Shown here: piece after piece, positions 15,765 to 25,433 of the stretch
How the letters are laid out: each line of letters opens with the position of its first letter
Numbering within the stretch: position 1 is the stretch's first letter
Origin: Candidatus Latescibacterota bacterium
GTDB lineage: Bacteria > Latescibacterota > UBA2968 > UBA8231
NCBI GenBank assembly: GCA_007571365.1
Contig: RKRN01000143.1
Span: 2,245 to 66,244, forward strand
Length of the DNA: 64,000 nucleotides
Direction of reading: 5' to 3'
Notes under the pieces: generated by a model
What the model was told of the DNA's origin: nothing
Databases searched by the model: none
The model's input: only the letters and a program-made list of their open reading frames with translations
Program-made: the position numbers and the translations under genes

Positions 15765-18662
15765 TCACAGCACCTTGACCGGCGTCAGCCAATCCGCCGC
15801 GGCAATCGCATCGGCCGATCCCAGCACCGCGACTCGGCCCGCTGTGCCAATTTGGTCCAGCACGGCAGCAAAATCCGCAAAGTGCGCGGGCTTGGTGCCC
15901 AAGACTTGGTCGCGCATTTGCTGGCGATAGTCGTCGTCGATGCCGGTCAGATAGCGCACCAGCGAGGCGTAGCCCTTGGCGTCGGGGAGTTGGTAGGCGT
16001 CGAAGTCGCCGATGGTGCCGATGATGGCCTTGGTCAGCTCGTCGTTGCTAATCGGATAGTCGCGCAAGAAGGAGCCACTCCGGTCGTACACTTGCAGGGT
16101 GTCCAGCAAGTTGGGATCCCGGTACGACGCGTACGCAAACACCCCGGTAAACGGGTCCAGCGCACAAAAGGCCCCGTAAGCTCCCCCCTGCACCCGCACC
16201 CGATCCCACAGCCAAGTCGTGGCCAAGTAGCGCGTGATGACGGCCGACGACCCGTCCAATTCGTAGCCGAGCGCGAAAATGTTGGCCGCCTTGCCCACGT
16301 AGTTGACTTGGGCCGGAACGGTCAGGCCCTCGTCGGCCGCGGTTAGTTGCGGCGTCCAAGCCGCCGGCGAGTGTGCCCCTTGTGGCAACTCGCGCAACAG
16401 GGCCGCCAAGCTCTGGTCGCACCTAGCGCGGTCGCCGCCGGCTACGGTCGCGTTGCACAGCATGCCCGGCCGGTTGACCAGCAGGGCGCGGATCTGCTCC
16501 AACCGGGCCTGCACGGCCGGCCAGTTGTGGCGGATGTCGTCGATGAGCTGCCGCAAGAAGAGTAGATAGCTCAAGCCGCGCATCTGCTCGGCGAGCCAGC
16601 CGGTCTCGTCGAACTGGGCGCGCAGCCGCGTCAATACCACCCGGTGCCCGCCCGGCACCAGCCCGGCCTCGGCACTGGCTCGCTCTTCTAAGGCCATCTG
16701 CAAGAAGCGATCGCGGTCGTCGAGGCGGCCCTCTAACAGCACGTCGCGCACAATCGCCGTCAGGTCGGCGACCCGGTTGGCCATGGCCTTGCCGCGCAAA
16801 AAGAGATACGCCGCGGCCGGCCCGCCGCCCAAGCGTGCGCCCACCAGCGAATGGGTGCTTAGGCCGCCGGTCTGGCTGCCGATCCGCTGGTGCAGCTCGA
16901 CGAAGCTCATGCGCTGGGTGCCCATCTCCAGCAGGGCGCGCCCAAAGAGCGGGATATAGGGCAAAAGCTCCTGCGGCAGCACCCGCAGATCGCAGCCGAT
17001 GTCGAGATAGGCGATGCCATTGGTGAAGAGGTCGTGGTGCAGCACCGGCACCCCGGCGATTTGGTCTTCTTGCCGCGGCAGGGTCTTGATCGCTGGGTCG
17101 AGGTCGCTCAGTTGCAGGCGGGGCAACTTGGCCAAGTCTGTGGGCGCGTCGGGTTGCTCTTGCAGGCGTTTGAGTTTTTGCGTGGCCGCGACCAGGGCCG
17201 CTAAATCCGCCTCGCTCATGCCGGCGCGGGCCGCTGCTAGGCGCGCGGTCTCTTCCTCCTCTAGCTGCGTCCCCAACTCGGCGTCGGGCTGGAGGATCAC
17301 GGTTGTGCGGTGTGCGTTGTCTAAGAGGTGGCGTTGGATCAGCCCCTCTAGATAGCGGTCGTTTGCCGCTAGCTTGGCCTTGAGTGCGGCAAACGAGTCG
17401 GCAAAGCGCAAGGGAGTGAACGGATCGCGGTCGTAGAGCCAGTCGGTCAACAGCCGCAACATCAGCCCCAAGCCGCGCGGATAGGACCCGGTGTTGTTTT
17501 CCCGCAGCCGAAACTCGGCCGTGTGCAGCGCGGCCGCGACCATCCCTTGGTCAATTGCACCGAGTGCCAAGTCGCCGAGCTGCTGCAAAATAAGGGCCTC
17601 GACCGCATCGACATCGCCCGGTTGTACGCCCTTGAGGCCCACGCTGAAAAACGGCTGAGCCAACTCGGTTTCCAGCCCGCTGCCAGTCAAATCCTCGCCC
17701 AGCCCGGAGTCGATCAGGGCCTTGCGCAGCGGCGATCCCGGCGTACCGAGCAGCGCGTATTCGAGCACCTGCAAGGCGCGGCGTTCGTCGGCGTCGATCG
17801 CGCCTTGCAACAGCCAAGTGAGCGCGACAAAGCACTTCGGCTTTTCGACCGCGTCTGGGTCAACCGCATAGGGAAATTGCTGCCGCCGGGGCACCCCAAA
17901 GCGCGACTGAGTGCCGATGGTCGAGCCAACCGACTGGGCCTCGTAGTCGCTTAGATAGTCGTGCAACAGCGCGAGTCGGTGCTGGGGATCGTCGTCGCCG
18001 TAGAAGTAGATGCGGGCGTTGGACGGGTGGTAAAAGTCGTCGTGGAAGCGCTTGAACTGGTCAAAGCTGAGGTCTGGGATATGGCGCGGGTCGCCGCCGG
18101 AGTCCACACCGTAGGTGGTGTCGGGGAAGATGGATTGCTGGATGCGCTCGCCTAGGATGCGCTCGGGGTCGGAATACGCGCCTTTCATTTCGTTGAAGAC
18201 CACGCCTTTGTAGCGCAGCGGGTCGCCGGGGTCTGCTAGCTCGTAATGCCAGCCTTCTTGTTGCAGGACTTCTGGCGTCAGCCGCGGGTAGAATACGGCG
18301 TCGAGATACACGTCGATCAGGTTGTAGAAATCCTGCAAGTTAGTGCTGGCGACCGGGTAGCAGGTTTTGTCGGGATAGGTGAAGGCGTTGAGAAAAGTGC
18401 TGAGCGAGCCTTTGATCAGCTCGACAAACGGCTCCTTGACCGGGTACTTGCGCGAGCCGCACAGCACTGAGTGTTCGAGAATATGGGCAATGCCGGTCGA
18501 GTCGGCCGGCGGAGTGCGGAAATTGATGCCAAAGACCTTGTTTTCGTCGTCGTTGATCAGCGAGACGATCTCACAGCCGGTGCGGTGCTGGTAGAGCAAG
18601 GCGCGGGTATTGAGTTCGGGAATTTCTTCGTCGCGCAGCAGTTCAAAATCGCGGCGATCCAT
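15765..18662 (-). CDS. M16-family (insulinase/pitrilysin, PreP-like) zinc metalloprotease
   Basis: 965 aa from ATG 18662, with AAGGAG 6 nt upstream. HILEHSVLCGS (HxxEH) and downstream ..FLNAFTYPDKT. Confidence 0.9.
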   Translation of the reverse strand: MDRRDFELLRDEEIPELNTRALLYQHRTGCEIVSLINDDENKVFGINFRTPPADSTGIAHILEHSVLCGSRKYPVKEPFVELIKGSLSTFLNAFTYPDKTCYPVASTNLQDFYNLIDVYLDAVFYPRLTPEVLQQEGWHYELADPGDPLRYKGVVFNEMKGAYSDPERILGERIQQSIFPDTTYGVDSGGDPRHIPDLSFDQFKRFHDDFYHPSNARIYFYGDDDPQHRLALLHDYLSDYEAQSVGSTIGTQSRFGVPRRQQFPYAVDPDAVEKPKCFVALTWLLQGAIDADERRALQVLEYALLGTPGSPLRKALIDSGLGEDLTGSGLETELAQPFFSVGLKGVQPGDVDAVEALILQQLGDLALGAIDQGMVAAALHTAEFRLRENNTGSYPRGLGLMLRLLTDWLYDRDPFTPLRFADSFAALKAKLAANDRYLEGLIQRHLLDNAHRTTVILQPDAELGTQLEEEETARLAAARAGMSEADLAALVAATQKLKRLQEQPDAPTDLAKLPRLQLSDLDPAIKTLPRQEDQIAGVPVLHHDLFTNGIAYLDIGCDLRVLPQELLPYIPLFGRALLEMGTQRMSFVELHQRIGSQTGGLSTHSLVGARLGGGPAAAYLFLRGKAMANRVADLTAIVRDVLLEGRLDDRDRFLQMALEERASAEAGLVPGGHRVVLTRLRAQFDETGWLAEQMRGLSYLLFLRQLIDDIRHNWPAVQARLEQIRALLVNRPGMLCNATVAGGDRARCDQSLAALLRELPQGAHSPAAWTPQLTAADEGLTVPAQVNYVGKAANIFALGYELDGSSAVITRYLATTWLWDRVRVQGGAYGAFCALDPFTGVFAYASYRDPNLLDTLQVYDRSGSFLRDYPISNDELTKAIIGTIGDFDAYQLPDAKGYASLVRYLTGIDDDYRQQMRDQVLGTKPAHFADFAAVLDQIGTAGRVAVLGSADAIAAADWLTPVKVL

Positions 18663-18765
18663 GGGGTCTCCTTTGGGGGTTTGGTGCGGTAAGCTAGCGG
18701 GCAAACATATTGGCGGCGCGGATTCTCAGCAAGGAAGTCTAGCCCGCACCGGGAAATGCGGACAG

Positions 18766-19935
18766 CTAATCACCAACCACGGGGCCCGGCAGGGCGATTT
18801 TGCCGAGGACGACCGGGTGCTGGGCGCGGGTGGCGGCCGGGACGTTGCCGGCGCGGCCCATCAGCGTCTCGTTGGCAAGCACGGCAAAGGCTAGGGCTTC
18901 GCGGGCGTCGGGATCGACGCCGAGTTCGGCCAGCGACTGCACCGCCAGGTCCGGCAGCGCGTGGCGCAGCCCGGCCATAATGCGCGGGTTGTGGACGCCG
19001 CCGCCGCCGACCCAGAGCTTGGCAAATTCCCCGGGGCAGAAGCGGCTGATGCCCGCGGCCATGGCTTGCACGGTAAAGGCGGTCAGGGTGGCGATCAGGT
19101 CGTCGTCGCTCCAGGTGCCGCGGCCGAGAACCTGGGCGAGGAACGGCTCGCCAAACTCCTCGCGGCCCGTAGATTTGGGCGGCTCGCGCTGCAAGAAGCG
19201 GTGGCCCATCAGCTCGGCCAACAGGGCTTCATCCACGCGCCCGCGCGCCGCGCGCTGGCCCCCTTGGTCGAAGTGCTCGCGGCCGCCGGTGCAGTGCGCC
19301 ACCGCCGCGTCGATGAGCATGTTGCCTGGCCCTAGGTCAAAGGCCCGTATGGCACTGGTATCGGCGTTGGCCGGCAAGGCTGTGATGTTGGCGATCCCGC
19401 CGATATTGAGCAGCAGACGCCCTTCGCGCCGATGGCCAAAAAGCAGGTGATCCACCTGGGGCACCAGCGGTGCGCCCTCGCCGCCGACGGCCATGTCGGC
19501 CGTGCGAAAGTCCGCAATGGTCACCGCGCCGGTGCGAGCGGCAATGACGGCTGGTTCGCCGATCTGCAAGGTGGCCCCGCTGGCCGGCAAGTGGCGCACG
19601 GTTTGCCCGTGCGAGCCTATCAGGTCAATGGATTCGGGGTTGAGTTTGGCCTGCTCGACGGCGGCTAGGGCCGCTGTTGCAAACGCCTCGCCGAGGGCAA
19701 AATTGACCCGGCACAGCGCGTCGAGCGAGGCCTCTTCGGCAAAGAGGGCGAACACCTCGCGCCGCAGGTCGCCGGGCAGCGGCGTGGTGTTAAAGGCCAA
19801 AATCTCGTAGCGCGTGGATGCGCCACAGCCCCACAGATCGACCAACACGGCGTCGATTCCGTCGGCCGAGGTGCCGGACATCAGGCCCACGACCCGCCGC
19901 CGCTTTTTGGCGGCCAACTCCGCCAGTCGGAGCAT
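18766..19935 (-). CDS. anmK: Anhydro-N-acetylmuramic acid kinase
   Basis: 389 aa. GLMSGTSADGIDAVLVD N-terminus, ..NIGGIANIT.., ..FDLGPGNMLID. Confidence 0.9.
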   Translation of the reverse strand: MLRLAELAAKKRRRVVGLMSGTSADGIDAVLVDLWGCGASTRYEILAFNTTPLPGDLRREVFALFAEEASLDALCRVNFALGEAFATAALAAVEQAKLNPESIDLIGSHGQTVRHLPASGATLQIGEPAVIAARTGAVTIADFRTADMAVGGEGAPLVPQVDHLLFGHRREGRLLLNIGGIANITALPANADTSAIRAFDLGPGNMLIDAAVAHCTGGREHFDQGGQRAARGRVDEALLAELMGHRFLQREPPKSTGREEFGEPFLAQVLGRGTWSDDDLIATLTAFTVQAMAAGISRFCPGEFAKLWVGGGGVHNPRIMAGLRHALPDLAVQSLAELGVDPDAREALAFAVLANETLMGRAGNVPAATRAQHPVVLGKIALPGPVVGD

Positions 19936-19963
19936 CAGAGTGGGCTAGCAGACGATATAGGGT

Positions 19964-20522
19964 TTACGCTCCGGTCCTGGAACTGAAAGCCACGATCTTG
20001 TTCCAATTGATCTCTCTCTTTTCATCACAAAATTTTTTGGAAAACTCCGCGGATAGCCGATCAATGACAGCTTCGTAATTTCGGACGAAAGTGTCATTGT
20101 GTTGCTTAGCACTGTCTCCCAGAGGCTCGATGATGCGGGTATAGAAATCGGCGTCATTGGAAATCAGTTTCCAGAATTCCTGTCCGCAATATATACCGAG
20201 TCTTGTTTTTGACAAATTCAAGGTCTATTCCCGTCGCACTAGATTTCCAGCCTCTATGAACTGTATCGGCAACATAAATTGCCAAGCCTTCAAGAAAGGC
20301 ACCAAATAGGGTTTCCTCTTGAGAGCTGAGATGAGCGTCTAACAAAGATCTAATAAGGTCTACAGCCGTATCAATGTTTTTGCTTTTGCAAAGGTACGGA
20401 TTCTTGCGCTTCAACAAATTATCCAACTTCAGTTTGTTAATTGACTCCAATTTTTTATTGTGAAAACTGTCAATGTGGGCCTGAACATAATCAGCAATTT
20501 GTTCATTAGAGATGTACGTCAT
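19964..20522 (-). pseudogene. Type II restriction endonuclease (PmeII/Eco47II-like) inactivated by an internal out-of-frame deletion
   Basis: Two overlapping frames: 20154-20522 (..KRKNPYLCKSKN..SSQEETLFGAFLEGLAIYV..GIDLEFVKNKTRYI) and 19964-20221 (..YCGQEFWKLISNDADFYTRIIEPLG..INWNKIVAFSS). The segment between, which should carry the catalytic Lys, is missing. Confidence 0.65.
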
Positions 20523-21346
20523 ATCGCAAGTCTCAAATTAGGCGTAAACTGCTCCAACTTAATCTTGAGCTCCTCGTAATAAGGTTCGTGCATTTCTATG
20601 CCTATAACGTTGCGCTCTTTAGCCAGCGCAGCAAAGGCAGTTGTTCCAGAGCCAATGAATGGATCCAGAACTATATCTCCCGGATCCGTGAACAAGTCTA
20701 TGAACCACTCCGGCAGCCAGCGCGGAAATGCAGCACTGTGATTTCGGTTGCTACACTCCGTAGCTCTATGAAGAACGTTGGTCGGATACACCATATCTCG
20801 GCCTACCCAGTTCTCTATTTTCTTAGCGAAGCCGCTGCCAACCTTAGATTCGTCGCGGGTGCGGTCGGTTTCGCTCAGGGTGTGCATTCTGGTCTCGTAC
20901 CAGTTGCCGATCGGGACCATCACGGCCTCTTGGTTCATTTTGAACTTGCGTTGCTTATTGAATTGTAACATCCGTTCCCAAGCATCTCTGAACCGATTGG
21001 GCCATTTGCCAGGGTAGCAGTTTTTCTTGTGCCATATGAACTCTTCAGTCCAAAGCCAACCACGCTTTCGCATCTCGACTATCAGTTCCAAGACGTAAGT
21101 GTGTCGCTCGCCTTTGACCGCGCACTCCTTGATATTCAGGATAAATGTGCCACTTGGGTTGAGTACTCGCTGCAACTCGTCAGCAATGGGCAAAAACCAC
21201 TCCATGTAGGCCTCTGGCTTTACACCGCCATAGGTTGATGCCCGCTGATTAGCATAAGGCGGCGACGTAACAATCAGGTCAATAATCTCTGATTCGAGAT
21301 GCTTGAGTTTTTCACGACAATCTCCTAAAAAAAGAGTAGCAAGCAT
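20519..21346 (-). CDS. Beta-class amino DNA methyltransferase (TSPPY motif; N4-cytosine or N6-adenine)
   Basis: 275 aa. DLIVTSPPYANQR (nt 21254-21265) precedes DIVLDPFIGSGTTAFAA (motif IV before I). ATGA overlap with the endonuclease remnant. GC about 45 %. Confidence 0.9.
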   Translation of the reverse strand: MLATLFLGDCREKLKHLESEIIDLIVTSPPYANQRASTYGGVKPEAYMEWFLPIADELQRVLNPSGTFILNIKECAVKGERHTYVLELIVEMRKRGWLWTEEFIWHKKNCYPGKWPNRFRDAWERMLQFNKQRKFKMNQEAVMVPIGNWYETRMHTLSETDRTRDESKVGSGFAKKIENWVGRDMVYPTNVLHRATECSNRNHSAAFPRWLPEWFIDLFTDPGDIVLDPFIGSGTTAFAALAKERNVIGIEMHEPYYEELKIKLEQFTPNLRLAI

Positions 21347-21464
21347 ATATCTATCTCCTGTGTCTCCTATCAGGTTGTGTACATCTTGGCATTAGCATCC
21401 TCTCCGCCGCCCTTACTGTGGGTTGGACCTAAAAACTAAATCGGTTAGACCACCCCACCGGGTC

Positions 21465-22568
21465 TTAGTGCCGGTCGCGGGCCGAGTGCCGGTAGTAGGC
21501 GACGACCTGTCCGTGCCCGTCGATGACGTGGGCACCCGGGTAGCGAATCGTCGTCGGACACACGTGCCAAGGCACGGCGAGGAGATAGGTGCCGACTTCG
21601 GGTTGAGGCGCGGGCCAGGAGAAGACGCCGTGCTCCTCGTTTTGCCGCAGCAGCTCGGCCTCTGAATTTTGCAAGAGCTTGGCTCGGCTCGGCAGGGGGC
21701 CGTCGTCGCTAATGGCCTTGGTGCCTAAGTCGGTGGTGATTGTCTGTTGGTCGGGATAGCGATCGACCACTTGCGTCAGGACGAGAGCCGCCCACTTGAA
21801 GGGCAGGTCGGCCATTTTGCTGCCGTACCCGGCATCCCAGTACACGCAGGTGCCTGGCGAGCCGTGCATCCCGGCGGTGCGAGCATAGTACAAAGAGGAA
21901 AAGGAACCGCCGCCGACCACGCGGGGCACGGCCAAGCCCTCGCCTTCGAGGGTTGCTTTGAGGCACTGGGCATCGCGGATGTGCCGCTCGGCCGCTGCTT
22001 GACGCGCCTGCGGCTCGCAGATGTGTTCGTGCCCGTCGTACAAGTGCAACCCGCCCGGCGACAGGTGGGGGTGTTGGGCGATTTGGCGGTAGAGGTTAGT
22101 TGCCGCGTCCAAGGGGACGCCGGTGCGGAACATGCCTACGTTGAGGTCGATCATCACCCGCAGGGTCTGCTGCCGCTCTTGCGCCACCGCACCCAACACC
22201 TCTAGGTGCGCGGGGGCACTGGCAATCGCGCTGACAATCGCCGCTCTTTGCGCCAACGCAGCGAAGCGCCGGACTTTGCTTTTTTGCACTAGCGGATAGG
22301 ACAGAATGGCTTCTGGTGCGCCGGCGTCGAGGGCCATTTCCAGTTCCTTGAGCGTGGCGCATTTGAACCCGGCGACGCCGGATGCGAGTTGTTTGCGCGT
22401 TACGTCGATGGACTTGTGGGTCTTGACGTGGACGAACAAATGCTCGCTGCCGCCGACTAGTTCGCCGACGGTTTTTATGTTGTGGTCAAGTTGGTCGGCA
22501 AAGACCAGCATGGCTGGCGTCTCAATGTCGTCCGGGTCGGCGACTTTGTATGCTCCTACTTCGATCAT
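21465..22568 (-). CDS. D-TA/DSD1-family PLP-dependent enzyme (alanine-racemase-N fold; D-threonine aldolase / D-serine dehydratase-like)
   Basis: 367 aa. ..HVKTHKS.. (PLP Lys) and FKCATLKELEMALDAG, with a C-terminal beta domain. Confidence 0.8.
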   Translation of the reverse strand: MIEVGAYKVADPDDIETPAMLVFADQLDHNIKTVGELVGGSEHLFVHVKTHKSIDVTRKQLASGVAGFKCATLKELEMALDAGAPEAILSYPLVQKSKVRRFAALAQRAAIVSAIASAPAHLEVLGAVAQERQQTLRVMIDLNVGMFRTGVPLDAATNLYRQIAQHPHLSPGGLHLYDGHEHICEPQARQAAAERHIRDAQCLKATLEGEGLAVPRVVGGGSFSSLYYARTAGMHGSPGTCVYWDAGYGSKMADLPFKWAALVLTQVVDRYPDQQTITTDLGTKAISDDGPLPSRAKLLQNSEAELLRQNEEHGVFSWPAPQPEVGTYLLAVPWHVCPTTIRYPGAHVIDGHGQVVAYYRHSARDRH

Positions 22569-22745
22569 ACTCTTGGGTTGGGTTTTGGGCTAGGGGTCTC
22601 TGTCTCGCAGCGGAAAGTAGCGCACGTCGCCTTCCTGAGCAACTTTCTCTATTTTATTTTTAGGTCACGGGAGACCCGCGATGCTCTAAGCTCCCACTGG
22701 CTGTTTCGGGGTAGGGCGAGAACGCGGCGTTGATGTGTTGATGTA

Positions 22746-22800
22746 CTGGATTGGATTCCCACCTCGTGTCGTGGCACGGGGAAATGTTCTTGCGCGGGAA
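22746..22800 (+). repeat. Copy 1 of a ~55-nt structured dispersed repeat (second copy at 63835-63885)
   Basis: ACTGGA(TTGGA)TTCCCACCTCGTGTCGTGGCACGGGGAAATGTTCTTGCGCGGGAA. The inner hairpin is preserved in both copies by a C-to-T change that keeps pairing (G-U wobble). Confidence 0.7.
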
Positions 22801-22818
22801 GTCATTTAGGACTGCTAT

Positions 22819-24405
22819 ATGACTCGCTTTTTCAATACAGCGGGACCGATGCGTCCCGCCGAACATTACTGCATCCCGCCGCTTTCGCGCTTGGATCTCG
22901 ACGAGGTCCTGTCGCTGATCCGACAGGGGAAGTATTTCGTCCTCCACGCTCCCCGGCAGACGGGCAAGACATCGGCCTTGTTGGCACTGGCAGACAAGCT
23001 AAACGACGAGGGTGCTTATCGCTGCGTGTATGCCAATGTCGAGCTTGCCCAGACAGCGCATGAAGATGTGGCCGAGGCCATACCGACGGTCCTAGGGGAG
23101 TTGGCGCAGATGGCCGAATGGACCCTTCCCGGCGATCCTCTAGAGGAGATTTGGCCCGATGTGGTACAAAAAAACTCTCCGCACCGCGCATTCCGAGCGG
23201 CGTTGAGCCGCTGGGCCGAGGCTGACCCCAAGCCCCTAGTGTTGTTGCTGGACGAAATCGACGCACTTATTGGCGATACTCTGCTATCTGTGTTGCGACA
23301 ACTCCGCGCCGGATACCCCCAACGGCCGGCACGGTTTCCGCTGAGTGTGATTCTTTGTGGAGTGCGCGATGTGCGCGATTATCGCATCCAATCTACGGCC
23401 GAAAATGCTCTCATCGCCGGCGGCAGCGCATTCAACATCCGCGCCGAGTCCCTGTGGCTGGGCGACTTCACCGCCGCCCAAGTGCAGGCCCTGTTGGCGC
23501 AACACACCCAAACCACCGGGCAGGTGTTTACCCAAGACGCGCAAGATAAAATCTGGGACCTGACCCAAGGCCAGCCGTGGCTGGTCAACGCCTTGGCCTA
23601 CGAAGCCTGCTTTCGCAACAAGGCCGGGCGCGACCGCCGCCAGCCTGTCACGACGACTGCGATATGCGCTGCCCGCGAGCAACTCATCCTGCGGCGCGAA
23701 ACCCATCTGGACCAACTCACTGACAAGCTGCAAGAAGAGCGCGTGCGGCGCGTGGTCGAACCCCTGCTGAGCGGTGCGGAAGCCGACGCGGCCATCCCCC
23801 AAGACGACTTGCAATACGTGCGCGATTTGGGTCTCGTGCGCCGGCAAGGCCCCGTGGCTATTGCCAATCCGATCTACCAGGAGGTCATCCCCCGCGACCT
23901 GACCTATACCACGCAGGAATACCTCGCGCAAGACCCGGCTTGGTATGTGGATGCGGCCGGGCGGCTGCGCTTGGCCGCCTTGCTCACCGCGTTCCAAGCG
24001 TTCTTCCGCGAACATTCCGAACATTGGGTTGAGCGGTTCCAGTACAAGGAAGCTGGTCCCCAATTGCTCTTGCAAGCGTTCCTCCAGCGCATCGTCAACA
24101 GCGGCGGGCGGATTGAGCGCGAGTATGGCTTGGGGCGGCTACGCACCGATTTGCTGATTGTGTGGCCGGCACCCCCGACTCAAGCGGTTCAAAGGGTGGT
24201 CGTCGAATGCAAACTGCTTTACAAGAGCCTAGAACAGACCGTGTGCGCGGGCCTCGACCAGACCTGTGCCTACATGGACCGTTGTGCCGCCAACGAAGGC
24301 CATCTGGTCATCTTCGACCGCAACTCGGACAAATCGTGGGACGAGAAGATATTTCGCCGCGAAGAATCCATTGGCGACAGGCGGATCGCGGTCTGGGGGA
24401 TGTAA
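22819..24405 (+). CDS. AAA-type ATPase fused to a C-terminal PD-(D/E)XK nuclease-like domain
   Basis: 528 aa. Walker A HAPRQTGKTS (GKT nt 22963-22971), Walker B LVLLLDEID (nt 23251-23256), C-terminal GRLRTD(444)LLIVW...VVVE(463)CK(465). Confidence 0.8.
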   Translation: MTRFFNTAGPMRPAEHYCIPPLSRLDLDEVLSLIRQGKYFVLHAPRQTGKTSALLALADKLNDEGAYRCVYANVELAQTAHEDVAEAIPTVLGELAQMAEWTLPGDPLEEIWPDVVQKNSPHRAFRAALSRWAEADPKPLVLLLDEIDALIGDTLLSVLRQLRAGYPQRPARFPLSVILCGVRDVRDYRIQSTAENALIAGGSAFNIRAESLWLGDFTAAQVQALLAQHTQTTGQVFTQDAQDKIWDLTQGQPWLVNALAYEACFRNKAGRDRRQPVTTTAICAAREQLILRRETHLDQLTDKLQEERVRRVVEPLLSGAEADAAIPQDDLQYVRDLGLVRRQGPVAIANPIYQEVIPRDLTYTTQEYLAQDPAWYVDAAGRLRLAALLTAFQAFFREHSEHWVERFQYKEAGPQLLLQAFLQRIVNSGGRIEREYGLGRLRTDLLIVWPAPPTQAVQRVVVECKLLYKSLEQTVCAGLDQTCAYMDRCAANEGHLVIFDRNSDKSWDEKIFRREESIGDRRIAVWGM

Positions 24406-24497
24406 CGTACTAGCCAATCCGCCTTTCCTTATTTTGTCGGCATAGACGAATTGTGAATCATGCCTAATATCACTTCCAACTTTAAAGGAGCCCCGCG

Positions 24498-25337
24498 ATG
24501 CTCAAGCTAGGTTGCATGTCTCTCAGCTACAAAGACGAATTCGCCGCCAACCAACTCGATTTGGAGCAGTTTATTGAACGCGCCTACCAACTCGGGCTCG
24601 ACGGCATTGACATTCACACCCGCGCCTTTACCTCGCTGGACCCGGCCTATCTGCGCCGCATTCGCATGCAGGCCTTCCGGCGCGGACTCGCACTTTCCTA
24701 TATCGGCGTCAGCTCCAATTTCGGCAAGCCGCAAGACGAGCTAGACGCCGAGGTCGCCACCGCCAAGGAGTGGATTGATGTGGCCGCGTTTATGGGCATT
24801 CCACTGGTGCGGGTGTTTGCCGCGTGGATTCCCGCTGGCGACCGCGAAGAGGATGTGTGGGCGCGGATGATGCCCTGCTTGGCGGAAGTGGCCGCGCACG
24901 GCGAGGAAAAGGGCGTGGTGGTCGGCTTGCACAACCACAACCACGGTTGCGTCACGCGCACCGGCCAGGATGTGCGCCGCATTATCGAGGGCGTCGACAA
25001 CCCCTACTTCTCGCATATCCTCGACACCGGGCAATACGTCGGCTCGCCCGGGGCCTCGGGCCAGCGCGGGCACGAGGATCCCGCGCTCAACTTTTACGGC
25101 AGCATTGCGGAAACCGCGCCGTTGGCCGTCCATGTTCGCTGCAAAATTTATCGCATCCAAAGCGGCGTTGAAGAGTGGCTCGACTATCCGCGCATCTTCG
25201 AGATTTTAAAAGGCGTCAATTACAACGGCTGGCTGTCGGTGGTGTACGAAGGACAAGACGTGGAAGCCGAGGCGACGGCCGTGCCCAAGGCCGTGCGCTA
25301 CTTGCGCGGCTTGATGGCCCAATACGACGCAGCGTGA
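24498..25337 (+). CDS. Sugar phosphate isomerase/epimerase (xylose-isomerase-like TIM barrel)
   Basis: 279 aa. AAAGGAG lies upstream. ..GLDGIDIH.., ..VGLHNHNHG.., ..YNGWLSVVYEG. Confidence 0.8.
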   Translation: MLKLGCMSLSYKDEFAANQLDLEQFIERAYQLGLDGIDIHTRAFTSLDPAYLRRIRMQAFRRGLALSYIGVSSNFGKPQDELDAEVATAKEWIDVAAFMGIPLVRVFAAWIPAGDREEDVWARMMPCLAEVAAHGEEKGVVVGLHNHNHGCVTRTGQDVRRIIEGVDNPYFSHILDTGQYVGSPGASGQRGHEDPALNFYGSIAETAPLAVHVRCKIYRIQSGVEEWLDYPRIFEILKGVNYNGWLSVVYEGQDVEAEATAVPKAVRYLRGLMAQYDAA

Positions 25338-25433
25338 GCTTTCGTTCTGTCTGTTACCGGGGCGCATCCAAGCGTCGGGCGTGTACCTGCTCGTGCTCTC
25401 AATAGATGGCACCCGCCCTGCTGCACTGACCGC

